64,000 nucleotides of DNA from an uncultured Planctomycetia bacterium. GTDB lineage: Bacteria; Omnitrophota; Gorgyraeia; 2-02-FULL-51-18; JAGOUK01. The stretch covers positions 62,179-126,178 of the forward strand of contig CAYSFB010000007.1 of assembly GCA_964430735.1 (NCBI GenBank). Direction: 5' to 3'. The first letter of the stretch is position 1; the number at the start of each line of letters is the position of its first letter. Position numbers and translations under genes: made by a program. The notes under the pieces are model-generated. The model was not told where the DNA came from. It made no database searches and worked only from the letters and a program-made list of their open reading frames with translations. Shown piece by piece: positions 8,994-18,901 of the stretch.

Positions 8994-9875
8994 ATGGCGA
9001 CCGAACCGGCTCAGGCAGCCATCGACGGCAAGACCGCGATTTATGGCGTGATCGGCGACCCGATCAAGCACACGCTGTCGCCGGCGCTTCACAACGCGGT
9101 GTTTGCTCACCGCGGCGTGAACGCCGTGTACGTGCCGTTCCACGTCTCGCCGGACAACCTGTTCGGGGCCATCGACGGTTTTCGTTCGCTCGGGATCAAG
9201 GGCCTGAACGTCACGCTGCCGCATAAAGAGCAGGTGATGCATTACATCGATTCGACGCCGAACCTCGTCGACCGCGCGATCGGGGCAGTGAACACGCTGG
9301 TGCTCGCCGAAGGGCGCACGCTGGGATTCAACACCGACGGTGTGGGATTTTTGAGCGACATCAAGGACCAGTTCGGGCTTGAGCTCGAGGGGCGTTCGGC
9401 GCTCGTGATCGGGGCGGGCGGGTCGGCCCGGGCAGTGGTTTTTTCGCTGCTCGAAGCAGGAGTGCAGCCGCTTTACATCTTCAACCGGACGCCGGACCGC
9501 GCGCGGGGCTTGAGGGAATACGCTTTTCAATATTTTCCGGACCGCGACATCGAAGCCGTGGACGCCATCGACGACCTGCCGTCCAAGCTCGACCTCGCCG
9601 TCAACTGCACGTCGTGCGGCATGGGGGAGCAGGACCCGTTCCCGATCGATCCGGACGTGCTGGCGAAGACCGAGCGGGTTTATGATCTGATCTACGCGCC
9701 GGAAGAGACCAAGCTCCTCCAGGAAGCGCGCCGCCGCAAGATCCCGTGTTCGAACGGCATCGGCATGCTCATCCACCAGGCCTGCGTCGCGCACCGCCTG
9801 TGGTTCCCGGAAGCCGACCGCAAAGAACTTTATACCGTCATGCGGCAGGCCTACGAAGTATGGCGCCGGCGCTAG
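8994..9875 (+). CDS. aroE: shikimate dehydrogenase
   Basis: 293 aa with the motifs GDPIKHTLSP..NVTLPHK..NTDG.G..GAGGSARA. Confidence 0.85.
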   Translation: MATEPAQAAIDGKTAIYGVIGDPIKHTLSPALHNAVFAHRGVNAVYVPFHVSPDNLFGAIDGFRSLGIKGLNVTLPHKEQVMHYIDSTPNLVDRAIGAVNTLVLAEGRTLGFNTDGVGFLSDIKDQFGLELEGRSALVIGAGGSARAVVFSLLEAGVQPLYIFNRTPDRARGLREYAFQYFPDRDIEAVDAIDDLPSKLDLAVNCTSCGMGEQDPFPIDPDVLAKTERVYDLIYAPEETKLLQEARRRKIPCSNGIGMLIHQACVAHRLWFPEADRKELYTVMRQAYEVWRRR

Positions 9876-10648
9876 CGCTGCTGTTCGGGCTGCTCGTCGG
9901 GAGTTTTTTAAACGTCTGCATCTGGCGCATGCCGCGCTCGCAATCGATCGCCTGGCCCGGTTCCCACTGTCCTTCCTGTTCCAAACCCATCCGCTGGCAC
10001 GACAACATTCCCGTCCTCGCCTGGTGCTGGCTGCGCGGCAAATGCCGGTTTTGCCCCTCCCGGATTCCCGTCCGTTATCCGATCGTGGAGCTCCTCGGCG
10101 GCCTGGCCGGGTTCGCGGCGTTCTCGCACTGGTCCGGGGCGTACGCGGTTGCCGCGGCCGTGATCTTCTGGGCGCTTATCGTCGTCATCTGGATCGACTG
10201 GGAGCATCAGATCATCCCGGACGAGATCAGTGTGGGCGGCATCGTGCTGGGACTCGCTTTTTCGTTCTTTTTTCCGGTGTGGGTGTCCGGTTCCGAGGGG
10301 GTCGCCGGCTGGCGGTCGCTCCTGTGGTCCGCGGCCGGCCTTTTGACGGGCGGGGGCATTCTGTACCTCATGGCGGTGGTCGGCGAAAAAGTATTCAAAA
10401 AAGAAGCGATGGGCGGGGGAGACGTCAAACTCCTCGCGGCGATCGGAGCCTTCTTCGGATGGAAGGGCGCCCTGTTTGCCCTCTTCGCCGGTTCCGTCGC
10501 CGGCTCATTTGCCGGCCTGGCCGTCAAATACACGCTCAAAAAAGAAGCCATTCCGTTCGGTCCGTATCTGGCGCTCGGCACCGTGCTCCATATGTTCTGG
10601 GGCGAGGCCATTCTGTCCTGGTACGTGACCCGCATGCTACAATACTAG
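9860..10648 (+). CDS. pilD: type IV prepilin leader peptidase (A24 family)
   Basis: The product has the N-terminal tetra-Cys motif CPSC...CRFC, multiple TM segments and a GGGDVKLLAAIGAFFGW active-site region. It starts inside the aroE 3' end, overlapping by 16 nt. Confidence 0.85.
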   Translation: MAPALALLFGLLVGSFLNVCIWRMPRSQSIAWPGSHCPSCSKPIRWHDNIPVLAWCWLRGKCRFCPSRIPVRYPIVELLGGLAGFAAFSHWSGAYAVAAAVIFWALIVVIWIDWEHQIIPDEISVGGIVLGLAFSFFFPVWVSGSEGVAGWRSLLWSAAGLLTGGGILYLMAVVGEKVFKKEAMGGGDVKLLAAIGAFFGWKGALFALFAGSVAGSFAGLAVKYTLKKEAIPFGPYLALGTVLHMFWGEAILSWYVTRMLQY

Positions 10649-10690
10649 GCGAATTTTGAAAAAATCTCCGCTTTGCCTGTAGGAGCCCCT

Positions 10691-11821
10691 ATGCTGCGTT
10701 ATTCCACGTCCGGTGAATCTCACGGAATCTGCCTCATCGCCGTCCTCGAAGGAATGGTTGCCGGTCTCAAGCTGGACCCGGCCGCGATCGATCACGAGCT
10801 GTGGCGCCGCCAGCAGGGCTACGGCCGCGGCGGACGAATGCTCATCGAGACCGACCGCGCCGAGCTCCTGACCGGCATCCGCCAAAACGAGACCATCGGC
10901 GGCCCCATCGCGATGCGGATGGAGAACAAGGACTTCAAGATCAATGTCCTGCCCGCCGTCCAGCGTCCGCGGCCGGGCCATGCCGACCTCATCGGCGCCA
11001 TGAAGTACAACCGCCGCGACGTGCGCGACATCCTCGAGCGCGCCAGCGCCCGCGAAACGACCGCCCGCGTCGCCGTCGGCGCCGTGTGCCGCCAATTCCT
11101 CGCCCAGTTCGGCGTCAAGATCACCAGCCACGTCACCGACATCGGCAGCGTCAAAGTCGAGAACCCTTCTTCTTATTCGTTCGACCAGATCGCCGACATC
11201 GCCGAAAAAAGCCCCGTCCGCTGCGTCGAGCCCCAGACGGGCGAGCGCATGATGCGCAAGATCGACGAGATCAAGGCCGCCAAGGACACCGTCGGCGGCG
11301 TCTTCGAGATCCGCGTGAAGGGCGTTCCGCCCGGCCTCGGCTCGTTCACGACGTCCCCGGACCGCCTCGACGCGCGTCTGGCGTTCGCGATGATGTCGAT
11401 CCAGGCGGTGAAGGGCGTGGAGTTCGGCCTCGGGTTCGGCGTGGCGCATACGCCCGGCTCCTCGGCGCACGACGAGATTTTTTACGACGCGAAGACCAAG
11501 AAGTTCTTCCGCAAGACCAACCGCGCCGGCGGACTCGAAGGCAGCATGTCGACGGGCGAGGAGCTGGTGATCCGCGCGGCGGCCAAGCCGTACGCGACGT
11601 TGATGAAGCCGCTCGCGTCGACCAACATCGCGACCAAGGCCGCCGAAGTGGGGACGATCGAGCGGTCGGACGTGACGGCTGTTCCGGCCTGCGGCGTCGT
11701 CGGCGAGTCGATGGCGGCGTTTGAGCTCGCCAAGGTATTTTTGGAAAAGTTCGGCGGCGACAGTCTCTCGGAGACCCGGCGGAATTATGATGGGTATCTG
11801 AAACAAGTGGAGGATTTTTAA
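10691..11821 (+). CDS. aroC: chorismate synthase
   Basis: MLRYSTSGESHG sits at the N-terminus and a GGAG RBS lies 8 nt upstream. The ORF-track start at 10673 is the less likely start. Confidence 0.9.
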   Translation: MLRYSTSGESHGICLIAVLEGMVAGLKLDPAAIDHELWRRQQGYGRGGRMLIETDRAELLTGIRQNETIGGPIAMRMENKDFKINVLPAVQRPRPGHADLIGAMKYNRRDVRDILERASARETTARVAVGAVCRQFLAQFGVKITSHVTDIGSVKVENPSSYSFDQIADIAEKSPVRCVEPQTGERMMRKIDEIKAAKDTVGGVFEIRVKGVPPGLGSFTTSPDRLDARLAFAMMSIQAVKGVEFGLGFGVAHTPGSSAHDEIFYDAKTKKFFRKTNRAGGLEGSMSTGEELVIRAAAKPYATLMKPLASTNIATKAAEVGTIERSDVTAVPACGVVGESMAAFELAKVFLEKFGGDSLSETRRNYDGYLKQVEDF

Positions 11822-12369
11822 TGCCACGTGCAGCCAAGTCGATCGACAAAATCGCTTTTATCGGGATGATGGGCGCCGGCAAGACCTTTTGCGCCAAGAC
11901 ACTGGCCAAGAAGCTGCACTGGCGCGATCTGGACTCCGACGTCATCATCGAACGCCGGGAAAAGATGTCCATTCCGCAGATCTTCCGCAACAAGGGCGAG
12001 AGCTATTTCCGCACGGTCGAGTCCCGCGTCATCAAGGACCTGCTGGTCAAGCCCCAGACGGTCTTGTCGCTCGGCGGCGGCGTCGTCTGCCGCAAAGTGA
12101 ACCGTTCGCTCCTGAAGAAGAAGAGCTTCGTGATCTGGCTCAAGGCCAAGCCCGAAGTCATTCAGAAACGCACCTCCAAAACCGCGAACCGTCCGCTGCT
12201 CAACGTGGACGATCCCAAGCGCAAAATCAACGATCTGATCCGGGAGCGCGACAATTACTACCGCCAGTGCGCGCACGTGGTCGTGGTCAACAACGGCGGC
12301 AACATCCTCTCCAAACTCGCGCGCATCCCTCAGATCCGCAGCATGATGCGCGCCAACATCCAGAACTGA
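11821..12369 (+). CDS. aroK: shikimate kinase
   Basis: It carries the Walker A motif GMMGAGKT and is joined to aroC through a TAATG overlap. Confidence 0.85.
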   Translation: MPRAAKSIDKIAFIGMMGAGKTFCAKTLAKKLHWRDLDSDVIIERREKMSIPQIFRNKGESYFRTVESRVIKDLLVKPQTVLSLGGGVVCRKVNRSLLKKKSFVIWLKAKPEVIQKRTSKTANRPLLNVDDPKRKINDLIRERDNYYRQCAHVVVVNNGGNILSKLARIPQIRSMMRANIQN

Positions 12370-12381
12370 CCCTCCGGACGC

Positions 12382-13485
12382 ATGACGCGCGACGCGGAAC
12401 GGAACGAAACGCTCGCCGCCCTGACGATCCGGTCCGCGGCCGGCGTCGGATCCATTCTCGGCAACCGTCTCGTCCGCGCCTTCGGCTCCGCTTCCGATGC
12501 CTTGGCCGCCTCGTGGAAGGATCTTGCCGCGGTTGAAGGCATGCGGGCCGATACCGTGCGCGCGCTTCAGGAGGCCTCCACCCGTTCCGCCGACGAAGCC
12601 GTGCTCGGCCTTTGCGAAGCGCGCGGCATCCGCGTCCTCACCCCTCAATCCGAGGGATATCCTCCGCACCTTTTGAATTTGGAAGACCGTCCGCTCGTCC
12701 TTTTTGCTCGCGGGGCCTGCATGTGGCCCGAACGTGCGGTCGCGCTGGTCGGCACGCGCCTCCCGAGTCCCGCAGGTCTCAAGGCCGCGCGCGACTTCGC
12801 CCGTTTTTTTGCCGCACGCGGGATTGCCGTGGTGAGCGGTCTGGCCCGCGGAATCGACACCGCGGCGCATGAGGCGGCTCTCGAGGCCGGCGGCGTGACG
12901 CTGGCCGTTGTCGGCTCGGGTCTGGACGCGCTGTACCCTCCCGAGAATCAGGGATTGGCTCAAACGATCGAGGCGCAGGGGACCGTGTTGTCCGAATACG
13001 CGCCGGACGAGCAGGCCGAATCGTTTCATTTTCCGGTCCGCAACCGCATCATCAGCGGCCTGTCGCACGCGGTGGTCGTGGTCGAGGCGCCTCGCAAGAG
13101 CGGGGCGCTCGGCACCGCGGATTGGGCGCTCGATCAGGGGCGGGAAGTGATGGCGGTTCCGGCCGGTCCCTACACCCGTTCGGCTCAAGGATCGGTGGAT
13201 CTCATCAAAAAAGGCGCCGCTTGCGTCACCGCGCCCGAAGAAGTGCTCCAGGCCCTCGGCTGGGACCTTGATCCTGCGCCGCGTACGCTGCGGATCGCCG
13301 CGCCGGCCTTCGGCATCGAACTTCAAAGCGTGCTGGGCGTTTTTCGATCCGGCGAGCCCATGACGGCGGATCAGCTGGCGGACAAGACCGGCTTCGACGC
13401 CCCGCTTCTGCTCCGGACGCTGGCCGAGCTCGAAGTTCGCGGCGCCGTCGCCTGTCTTCCCGGCCAACGCTGGTGCCTGCGGTGA
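12382..13485 (+). CDS. dprA: DNA-processing protein A (Smf/DprA)
   Basis: 367 aa with a Rossmann-like DprA core (VSGLARGIDTAAHEAAL) and a C-terminal winged-helix-like tail. Confidence 0.85.
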   Translation: MTRDAERNETLAALTIRSAAGVGSILGNRLVRAFGSASDALAASWKDLAAVEGMRADTVRALQEASTRSADEAVLGLCEARGIRVLTPQSEGYPPHLLNLEDRPLVLFARGACMWPERAVALVGTRLPSPAGLKAARDFARFFAARGIAVVSGLARGIDTAAHEAALEAGGVTLAVVGSGLDALYPPENQGLAQTIEAQGTVLSEYAPDEQAESFHFPVRNRIISGLSHAVVVVEAPRKSGALGTADWALDQGREVMAVPAGPYTRSAQGSVDLIKKGAACVTAPEEVLQALGWDLDPAPRTLRIAAPAFGIELQSVLGVFRSGEPMTADQLADKTGFDAPLLLRTLAELEVRGAVACLPGQRWCLR

Positions 13486-13496
13486 GCGGCGTGTCG

Positions 13497-13703
13497 ATGC
13501 AGCTGAAGATCAACGGCAAGACCGAGACATTTGATCAGGAGACGCTCCGGCTCACGGATTATCTGTCCTCAAAAGGCGTGCGGCCCGAAACGGTCGCCGT
13601 GGAGATCAATTTGAACATCATCGAAAAATCCCGGTACGCCGAGACTTTTTTGAAGGCCGGCGACGAGGTCGAAATCGTCCGGTTCGTCGGAGGCGGCGCT
13701 TAA
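13497..13703 (+). CDS. thiS: ThiS/MoaD-like beta-grasp sulfur-carrier-like protein (68 aa) that ends in GGGA rather than GG
   Basis: The sequence is MQLKINGKTETFDQETLRLTDYL....GDEVEIVRFVGGGA*. It sits between dprA and topA with no thiF or thiG nearby. Confidence 0.6.
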   Translation: MQLKINGKTETFDQETLRLTDYLSSKGVRPETVAVEINLNIIEKSRYAETFLKAGDEVEIVRFVGGGA

Positions 13704-13705
13704 CC

Positions 13706-15775
13706 GTGGCCGCCAAAAAACCCCGGGCCGCCAAAAAGCCCGCCGCGTCCGGCCCTTCGGCGGCACCCCAGCCGGGCAACGGCAAGGCGCTGGTGATCGT
13801 GGAATCTCCGGCCAAGTGCCGCACCATCGAAAAAATTCTCGGCAAGTCCTATCAGGTGCAGGCGTCCATGGGCCACGTCGTCGACCTGCCCAAGAGCAAA
13901 ATGGGCGTCGACATCGAGCATGACTTCGACCCCCAGTACATCGTGATGGCCGCCAAGAAAAAAGTGCTCACGCAGCTCAAAAAGCTCGTGAAGGAAAAGG
14001 AATTCCTCTACCTGGCGTGCGACCCGGACCGCGAGGGGGAGGCGATCAGCTGGCACTTGGGCAACCAGCTCGGCGCCGGCAAGCGCGTCATGCGCGTCCA
14101 GTTCCAGGAAATCACGCCCGCCGCGATCAAAGCCGCATTTTTGAACCCGCGCGAAATCGACATGAACCGCGTCGGCGCCCAGCAGGCGCGCCGCATCCTC
14201 GACCGTATCGTCGGTTATTCGCTGTCGCCGATCCTGTGGAAGTCCGTCGCCAAGGGATTGTCCGCCGGCCGCGTCCAATCCGTGGCGCTCCGTCTCATCG
14301 TCGACCAGGAGCGCAAGATCAAGGCCTTCGTTCCCCTGGAATACTGGACGATCGACGCGTCCTTCGCCAAGAAGGGTTCCCCGGACGTTTTTGCCGCCCA
14401 GCTCAACGAAGTCGGCGGCGTCAAGGTCGAGAATCTGCAGGCCGCGGACGCTCAGGGGATGGCCGCGGAGCTTCAGAAAGGCGTCTTTACCGTAGCGGCG
14501 GTGCGCGCGACCGAAAAACGCCGGATGCCCCAGCCGCCGTTCACGACTTCCAAGCTCCAGCAGGAGGCCTACAACCGGCTCAAGATGCGCCCGACCCGGA
14601 CCATGGCCGTTGCGCAGGGGTTGTACGAAGGCGTCGACCTCGGCGACGGCGAGACCGTCGGTCTCATCACCTACATGCGCACGGACTCCGTCAACATTTC
14701 GGACGATGCGATGGCGGATGTCCGGTCGTATATCCCGAAGCGTTTCGGCGCCGAGTATCTGCCCGAGGCCCCCAACCGGTACAAGTCCAAGGCCGCCGCC
14801 CAGCAGGCGCACGAAGCGATCCGTCCGACCTCGGTCCAGCGCACTCCGGAATCCCTGGCGTCCATCCTTTCCGAAGAACAGCTCCGGCTGTACACCATCA
14901 TCTGGTCCAAATTCGTCGCCAGCCAGATGAAGCCGGCCGTGTACGAGCAGACGTCGGTCGACATCGCGTCCGGCAAATACCTGTTTCGCGCGTCCGGAAC
15001 GCGCCAGCTCTTTGCCGGATTCACCGCCGCCTGGGACGACCGCGAGGAAGACAACCGGCTGCCGGTGCTGGCCCAGGGCGACGTCCTCGATTTGAAAAAG
15101 CTCGAACCGCTCCAGCATTTCACCAAGCCCCCGGCGCGCTACACCGACGCGTCGCTCATCAAAACGCTCGAAGAGCTGGGCATCGGCCGCCCCTCGACTT
15201 ACGCACCGACCATCGGCACCATCGTCGACCGCAATTATGTCGAACGGCAGGGCGGCGCGCTGGTTCCGACCGAGCTGGGCTTCCTGGTCGTCGATCTTCT
15301 CGTGAAGCATTTTCCGACGCTGATGGACCTCGAGTTCACGGCGCGCATGGAAGAAAACCTGGATAAGATCGAGGAAGGGGAGATGGCCTGGACCAAGGTC
15401 CTCAAAGAATTCTACGTCCCCTTCAAAGAGAGTCTCGACCGCGCCGGAGCCGAAATCCAGCCGGTCCGCCGCGTCGAGGAAAAGACCGACGAAGTCTGCG
15501 AAAAATGCGGCAAGCCCATGGTGATCAAGTGGGGCCGCCGCGGCAAATTCCTGAGCTGTTCGGCGTTTCCGGAATGCCGGAACGCGAAGTCCATCTCGAC
15601 CGGCGTCCCGTGTCCCACCTGCGCCAAGGGGAGTCTCGTCGCCCGCCGTTCGCGCGGGGGCAAGGGCCGGCCCTTCTACGGCTGCTCGCGCTACCCCGAA
15701 TGCACGCATATTTCCAACAAGCTGCCGGGCGCGGCCCCGGACGCCGGCGCCGCCGAGACGCCCGCCGCGCCGTGA
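13706..15775 (+). CDS. topA: DNA topoisomerase I, with two C-terminal zinc ribbons
   Basis: It begins with a GTG start. It has a Toprim (VIVESPAKCRTIEK) and the type IA core. The two Zn ribbons are CEKCGKPM..CSAFPEC and CPTCAKG..CSRYPEC. Confidence 0.9.
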   Translation: MAAKKPRAAKKPAASGPSAAPQPGNGKALVIVESPAKCRTIEKILGKSYQVQASMGHVVDLPKSKMGVDIEHDFDPQYIVMAAKKKVLTQLKKLVKEKEFLYLACDPDREGEAISWHLGNQLGAGKRVMRVQFQEITPAAIKAAFLNPREIDMNRVGAQQARRILDRIVGYSLSPILWKSVAKGLSAGRVQSVALRLIVDQERKIKAFVPLEYWTIDASFAKKGSPDVFAAQLNEVGGVKVENLQAADAQGMAAELQKGVFTVAAVRATEKRRMPQPPFTTSKLQQEAYNRLKMRPTRTMAVAQGLYEGVDLGDGETVGLITYMRTDSVNISDDAMADVRSYIPKRFGAEYLPEAPNRYKSKAAAQQAHEAIRPTSVQRTPESLASILSEEQLRLYTIIWSKFVASQMKPAVYEQTSVDIASGKYLFRASGTRQLFAGFTAAWDDREEDNRLPVLAQGDVLDLKKLEPLQHFTKPPARYTDASLIKTLEELGIGRPSTYAPTIGTIVDRNYVERQGGALVPTELGFLVVDLLVKHFPTLMDLEFTARMEENLDKIEEGEMAWTKVLKEFYVPFKESLDRAGAEIQPVRRVEEKTDEVCEKCGKPMVIKWGRRGKFLSCSAFPECRNAKSISTGVPCPTCAKGSLVARRSRGGKGRPFYGCSRYPECTHISNKLPGAAPDAGAAETPAAP

Positions 15776-16665
15776 AGCTGCCGCAGCCCGCGGAAGCTTT
15801 TTTGACGCATCTGGACCGCGACAAAAACTACTCCGCCCACACCCGTTTGAATTACCGCATCGACCTGCGAGATTTTTTCGCTTTTCTCGGCGACGCGCCG
15901 CCGGAGAGCGCGGACCGGCTCCGGATGCGGTCGTATCTGGCGCACGCCGCCGGAAAGGGGTATGCCAAGCGGACGCTCGCGCGCAAGCTGGCGACGCTCC
16001 GGTCCTTCTACCGTTATTTTGTCCGTGAGGGCCGGATGGCCAAGAACCCCATGTCCGCGATCCGCAGTCCCAAGCTCGAAAAAAAGCTCCCGTCCTTTCT
16101 GAGCGAAAAAGAAATCGACCGCCTGCTCTCCTTCGAAACGAAGGACTTGTCGGGACATCGCGACCGGGCGCTTCTCGAGACGCTGTATTCGACCGGGTGC
16201 CGCGTGTCGGAGCTCGTCGCTCTGGACGAGCGCGACGTGGACACGATCGGCGCGATGATCCGGGTGCTGGGCAAGGGCCGCAAGGAACGCCTGTGTCCGA
16301 TGGGCAGCCGCGCGCTCTCGGCGGTCCGCGAATATCTGGAGGCGCGTTCCCGTGACCCGCGTCTGGCCGGCCGCCGCGGCCCGCTTTTTCTCAACCATTC
16401 GCCGCACGCGCGCGGTTCGCGCCTCACGGCCCGTTCGGTCCGCCGCATCCTGACGCAACGCGTCGAGGAAATGAGCGTCCGCGCCAGGATCTCGCCGCAC
16501 GCGCTGCGGCACTCGTTCGCGACCCACCTTCTGAACCGCGGCGCCGACCTGCGCTCGGTGCAGGAGTTGCTCGGCCATTCGAGCATCTCGACGACGGCGA
16601 TTTACACGCACGTCAGCTCCGAGCGCCTCAAGCAGGTTTACGAAAAGGCTCATCCCCGCGCATGA
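15772..16665 (+). CDS. xerC: tyrosine site-specific recombinase XerC/XerD family
   Basis: The GTG start overlaps the topA stop. The catalytic motifs are [23 protein letters not shown]. Confidence 0.8.
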   Translation: MKLPQPAEAFLTHLDRDKNYSAHTRLNYRIDLRDFFAFLGDAPPESADRLRMRSYLAHAAGKGYAKRTLARKLATLRSFYRYFVREGRMAKNPMSAIRSPKLEKKLPSFLSEKEIDRLLSFETKDLSGHRDRALLETLYSTGCRVSELVALDERDVDTIGAMIRVLGKGRKERLCPMGSRALSAVREYLEARSRDPRLAGRRGPLFLNHSPHARGSRLTARSVRRILTQRVEEMSVRARISPHALRHSFATHLLNRGADLRSVQELLGHSSISTTAIYTHVSSERLKQVYEKAHPRA

Positions 16666-17936
16666 CCTTCCTCTACAACGTCCTGCTGTTCCTGTACGGA
16701 TTGGCGGTGCTGCCCGTGTTGGCTGCGAAGGGCAAGCTGCGCGACGGGTTCCGCGAGCGCCGGGGACATCTCTCCAAAGAAAATGCCGCGCGCCTCGAAG
16801 GCAGGCGGACGGTCTGGGTTCATGCGGTGAGCGTGGGCGAAGCCCGGCTTGCCATCCAATGGATCGAGCGCCTCAGGCGGAAGGAACCCTCGGTCGTCGC
16901 GGTGCTGACGACGACGACGGCGTCCGCCCAGAAGATCGCGCGGGAAGCGGCCTGCAGCGACGTTGTGGTGACCTATTGCCCCTTCGACTTCAGCTGGATG
17001 ATGGGACGTTTGATCGACGCCGTTCACCCGTCGGCGATCGTGATCCTGGAGACCGAAGTCTGGCCCAACCTTCTGCGCCAGGCGGAGCGGCGGGGGATTC
17101 CCGTAATCCTGATCAATGCGCGGCTTTCCGATAAGGCCTATCCCGTTTACCTGCGCTGGAAATTTTTCGTGCGGCCGGCTTTTGAGCGGATCACGCTCTG
17201 CCTCACTCAAAACGCCGAGCACGCCCGCCGATTCTGCGAAATCGGCGTTCCGCCTGACCGGGTGCGGGTCACCGGTAACATGAAATTCGATCTCGAGGCG
17301 CCTAAAGTCACCGAAACCGTGCGGCTGGCCATGACAGTGTTCCGCGCCGATTCCAAGTCGCTGCTTTTGGCCGCGTCGACACATCCCGGGGAAGAGGAAC
17401 AGCTCGTCAGTGTGTTCGAGGCCGCGCGGGTGCATATTCCGGGGCTCAAGCTCGCGCTGGCGCCGCGCCATCTGGAGCGTCTCGCTGAAGTCGAAGAAAT
17501 CATCCGCCGAAGAGGCCTCAAGTGCGCTAAAATATCGGACTTGGAGCGGCATTATGCGTCGAATGTGGACGTGCTCCTAGTGGACGCTTGGGGTATTCTG
17601 AACCAGCTCTACGCGCTCTCGGACCTTGTGTTCGTGGGCGGAAGTCTCGTGCCGGTCGGCGGTCACAACCTGGCCGAACCGGCCGTCGCCGGTTGTCCGG
17701 TGCTGTACGGACCCTGGATGCAGAACTTCAAGGACATGGACGAGGAGTTCCGGGCGGCCCGCGCGGGCGTCCGGGTCGCAGACGCGCGGGAGCTCGAAGC
17801 CCGCGTGATCGAACTTTTTCAGGATCCCGGAGCGCGCCGGCAGCTGGCCGAACGTTCCCGGGCGGTCGTCGCCGCGAACGCCGGAGCGACCGATCTTAAC
17901 CTAAAGGAAATTTTGACATGCTCATCAAAACGCTGA
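16662..17936 (+). CDS. waaA: 3-deoxy-D-manno-octulosonic acid (Kdo) transferase
   Basis: 424 aa with the [18 protein letters not shown] motif of GT30 KdtA. It joins xerC through an ATGA overlap. Confidence 0.85.
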   Translation: MTFLYNVLLFLYGLAVLPVLAAKGKLRDGFRERRGHLSKENAARLEGRRTVWVHAVSVGEARLAIQWIERLRRKEPSVVAVLTTTTASAQKIAREAACSDVVVTYCPFDFSWMMGRLIDAVHPSAIVILETEVWPNLLRQAERRGIPVILINARLSDKAYPVYLRWKFFVRPAFERITLCLTQNAEHARRFCEIGVPPDRVRVTGNMKFDLEAPKVTETVRLAMTVFRADSKSLLLAASTHPGEEEQLVSVFEAARVHIPGLKLALAPRHLERLAEVEEIIRRRGLKCAKISDLERHYASNVDVLLVDAWGILNQLYALSDLVFVGGSLVPVGGHNLAEPAVAGCPVLYGPWMQNFKDMDEEFRAARAGVRVADARELEARVIELFQDPGARRQLAERSRAVVAANAGATDLNLKEILTCSSKR

Positions 17937-18901
17937 TGCGCCCCTTGCTCGGCTTCGGAGAAAAGCTCTACCGTCAGGGTCTTGAGCGCGACAAGAAGCG
18001 CGCCGGCGCCGCCAAGCGCCTCGACGCGCGCGTGATCTCGGTCGGTAATCTGACTTGGGGCGGAACCGGCAAAACGCCGCTGGTGATGTTCCTGGCCCGG
18101 AGCTTGGCGGAGGCGGGGCAAAAAGTCGCCGTCCTGACCCGCGGATACGGCAACGACGAATGCAAGGAACTTAAAGACCGTCTTCCGGGAATCCCGGTTC
18201 TCGTGGGCAAGGACCGGTACGCCACCGGACAGGAAGCCATTCAGAAGCACGGTGCCAAATGGATTCTGCTCGACGACGGGTTCCAGGTCTGGGATCTGCA
18301 GCGCGACCACGACATCGTGACCGTCAACGCCACCCAGCCCTTCGGCAACGGCCGGCTCATCCCGGCCGGCAATCTGCGCGAGCCCGTGGAAGCCCTTGCG
18401 CGCGCATCCACATTCGTGCTCACACAGTCCTTCCTGGGCCGCCACAACACCGCGCTCATCCGTCAGAAGCTCCGCGAGGTGAATCCCAAGGCGCCGGTGT
18501 TCGAGGCGGACCATCACCCGATCGCGTTTCTGGATTTCCGCAACAACCGTCCGTTGCCGCTCGACATGGTGCGCGACCAGCGGGTCGCGATCCTTTCCGG
18601 TATCGAGGACCCGATGTCGTTCGAGAACACGCTCTCGCGCCTCGGCGCCAAGATCGTGTACGCCGCCCGCTACCGGGACCACCACGCGTTCACGCCGGGC
18701 GACCTGAAGCAGGTCTTTGACGCCTGCAACGAGTGCAAGGTCCGGTACCTCGTGACCACCGAAAAAGATTCCTACCGCCTCGCGAACCTCATCACCGACG
18801 ACCGGCAGCCGACCCGGGTGCTGATGCTCCGGATCGAGATCCGCATGGACGACGAGGACGCCTTTCTCGAGCGATGCCTCTCAGCCGCCGCCAACCGCTA
18901 G
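17918..18901 (+). CDS. lpxK: tetraacyldisaccharide 4'-kinase
   Basis: It carries the P-loop [16 protein letters not shown]. It overlaps waaA by 19 nt. Confidence 0.85.
   Translation: MLIKTLMRPLLGFGEKLYRQGLERDKKRAGAAKRLDARVISVGNLTWGGTGKTPLVMFLARSLAEAGQKVAVLTRGYGNDECKELKDRLPGIPVLVGKDRYATGQEAIQKHGAKWILLDDGFQVWDLQRDHDIVTVNATQPFGNGRLIPAGNLREPVEALARASTFVLTQSFLGRHNTALIRQKLREVNPKAPVFEADHHPIAFLDFRNNRPLPLDMVRDQRVAILSGIEDPMSFENTLSRLGAKIVYAARYRDHHAFTPGDLKQVFDACNECKVRYLVTTEKDSYRLANLITDDRQPTRVLMLRIEIRMDDEDAFLERCLSAAANR

Noticed and set aside
10801-11724. Arg/Pro-rich alternative-frame + ORFs inside aroC, topA (14017..15366), pheA/hisC (56443..58011), infB (51533..51901, 52208..52922) and others
   Set aside because: They have extreme Arg/Pro/Gly composition, are nested in conserved genes and lack motifs. 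These are GC-rich frame shadows.
18733-18873. Upstream extension of the LpxL-ELM1 ORF to 18733
   Set aside because: That stretch is the 3' end of lpxK read in another frame. The first Met with a sensible LpxL N-terminus is at 18874.
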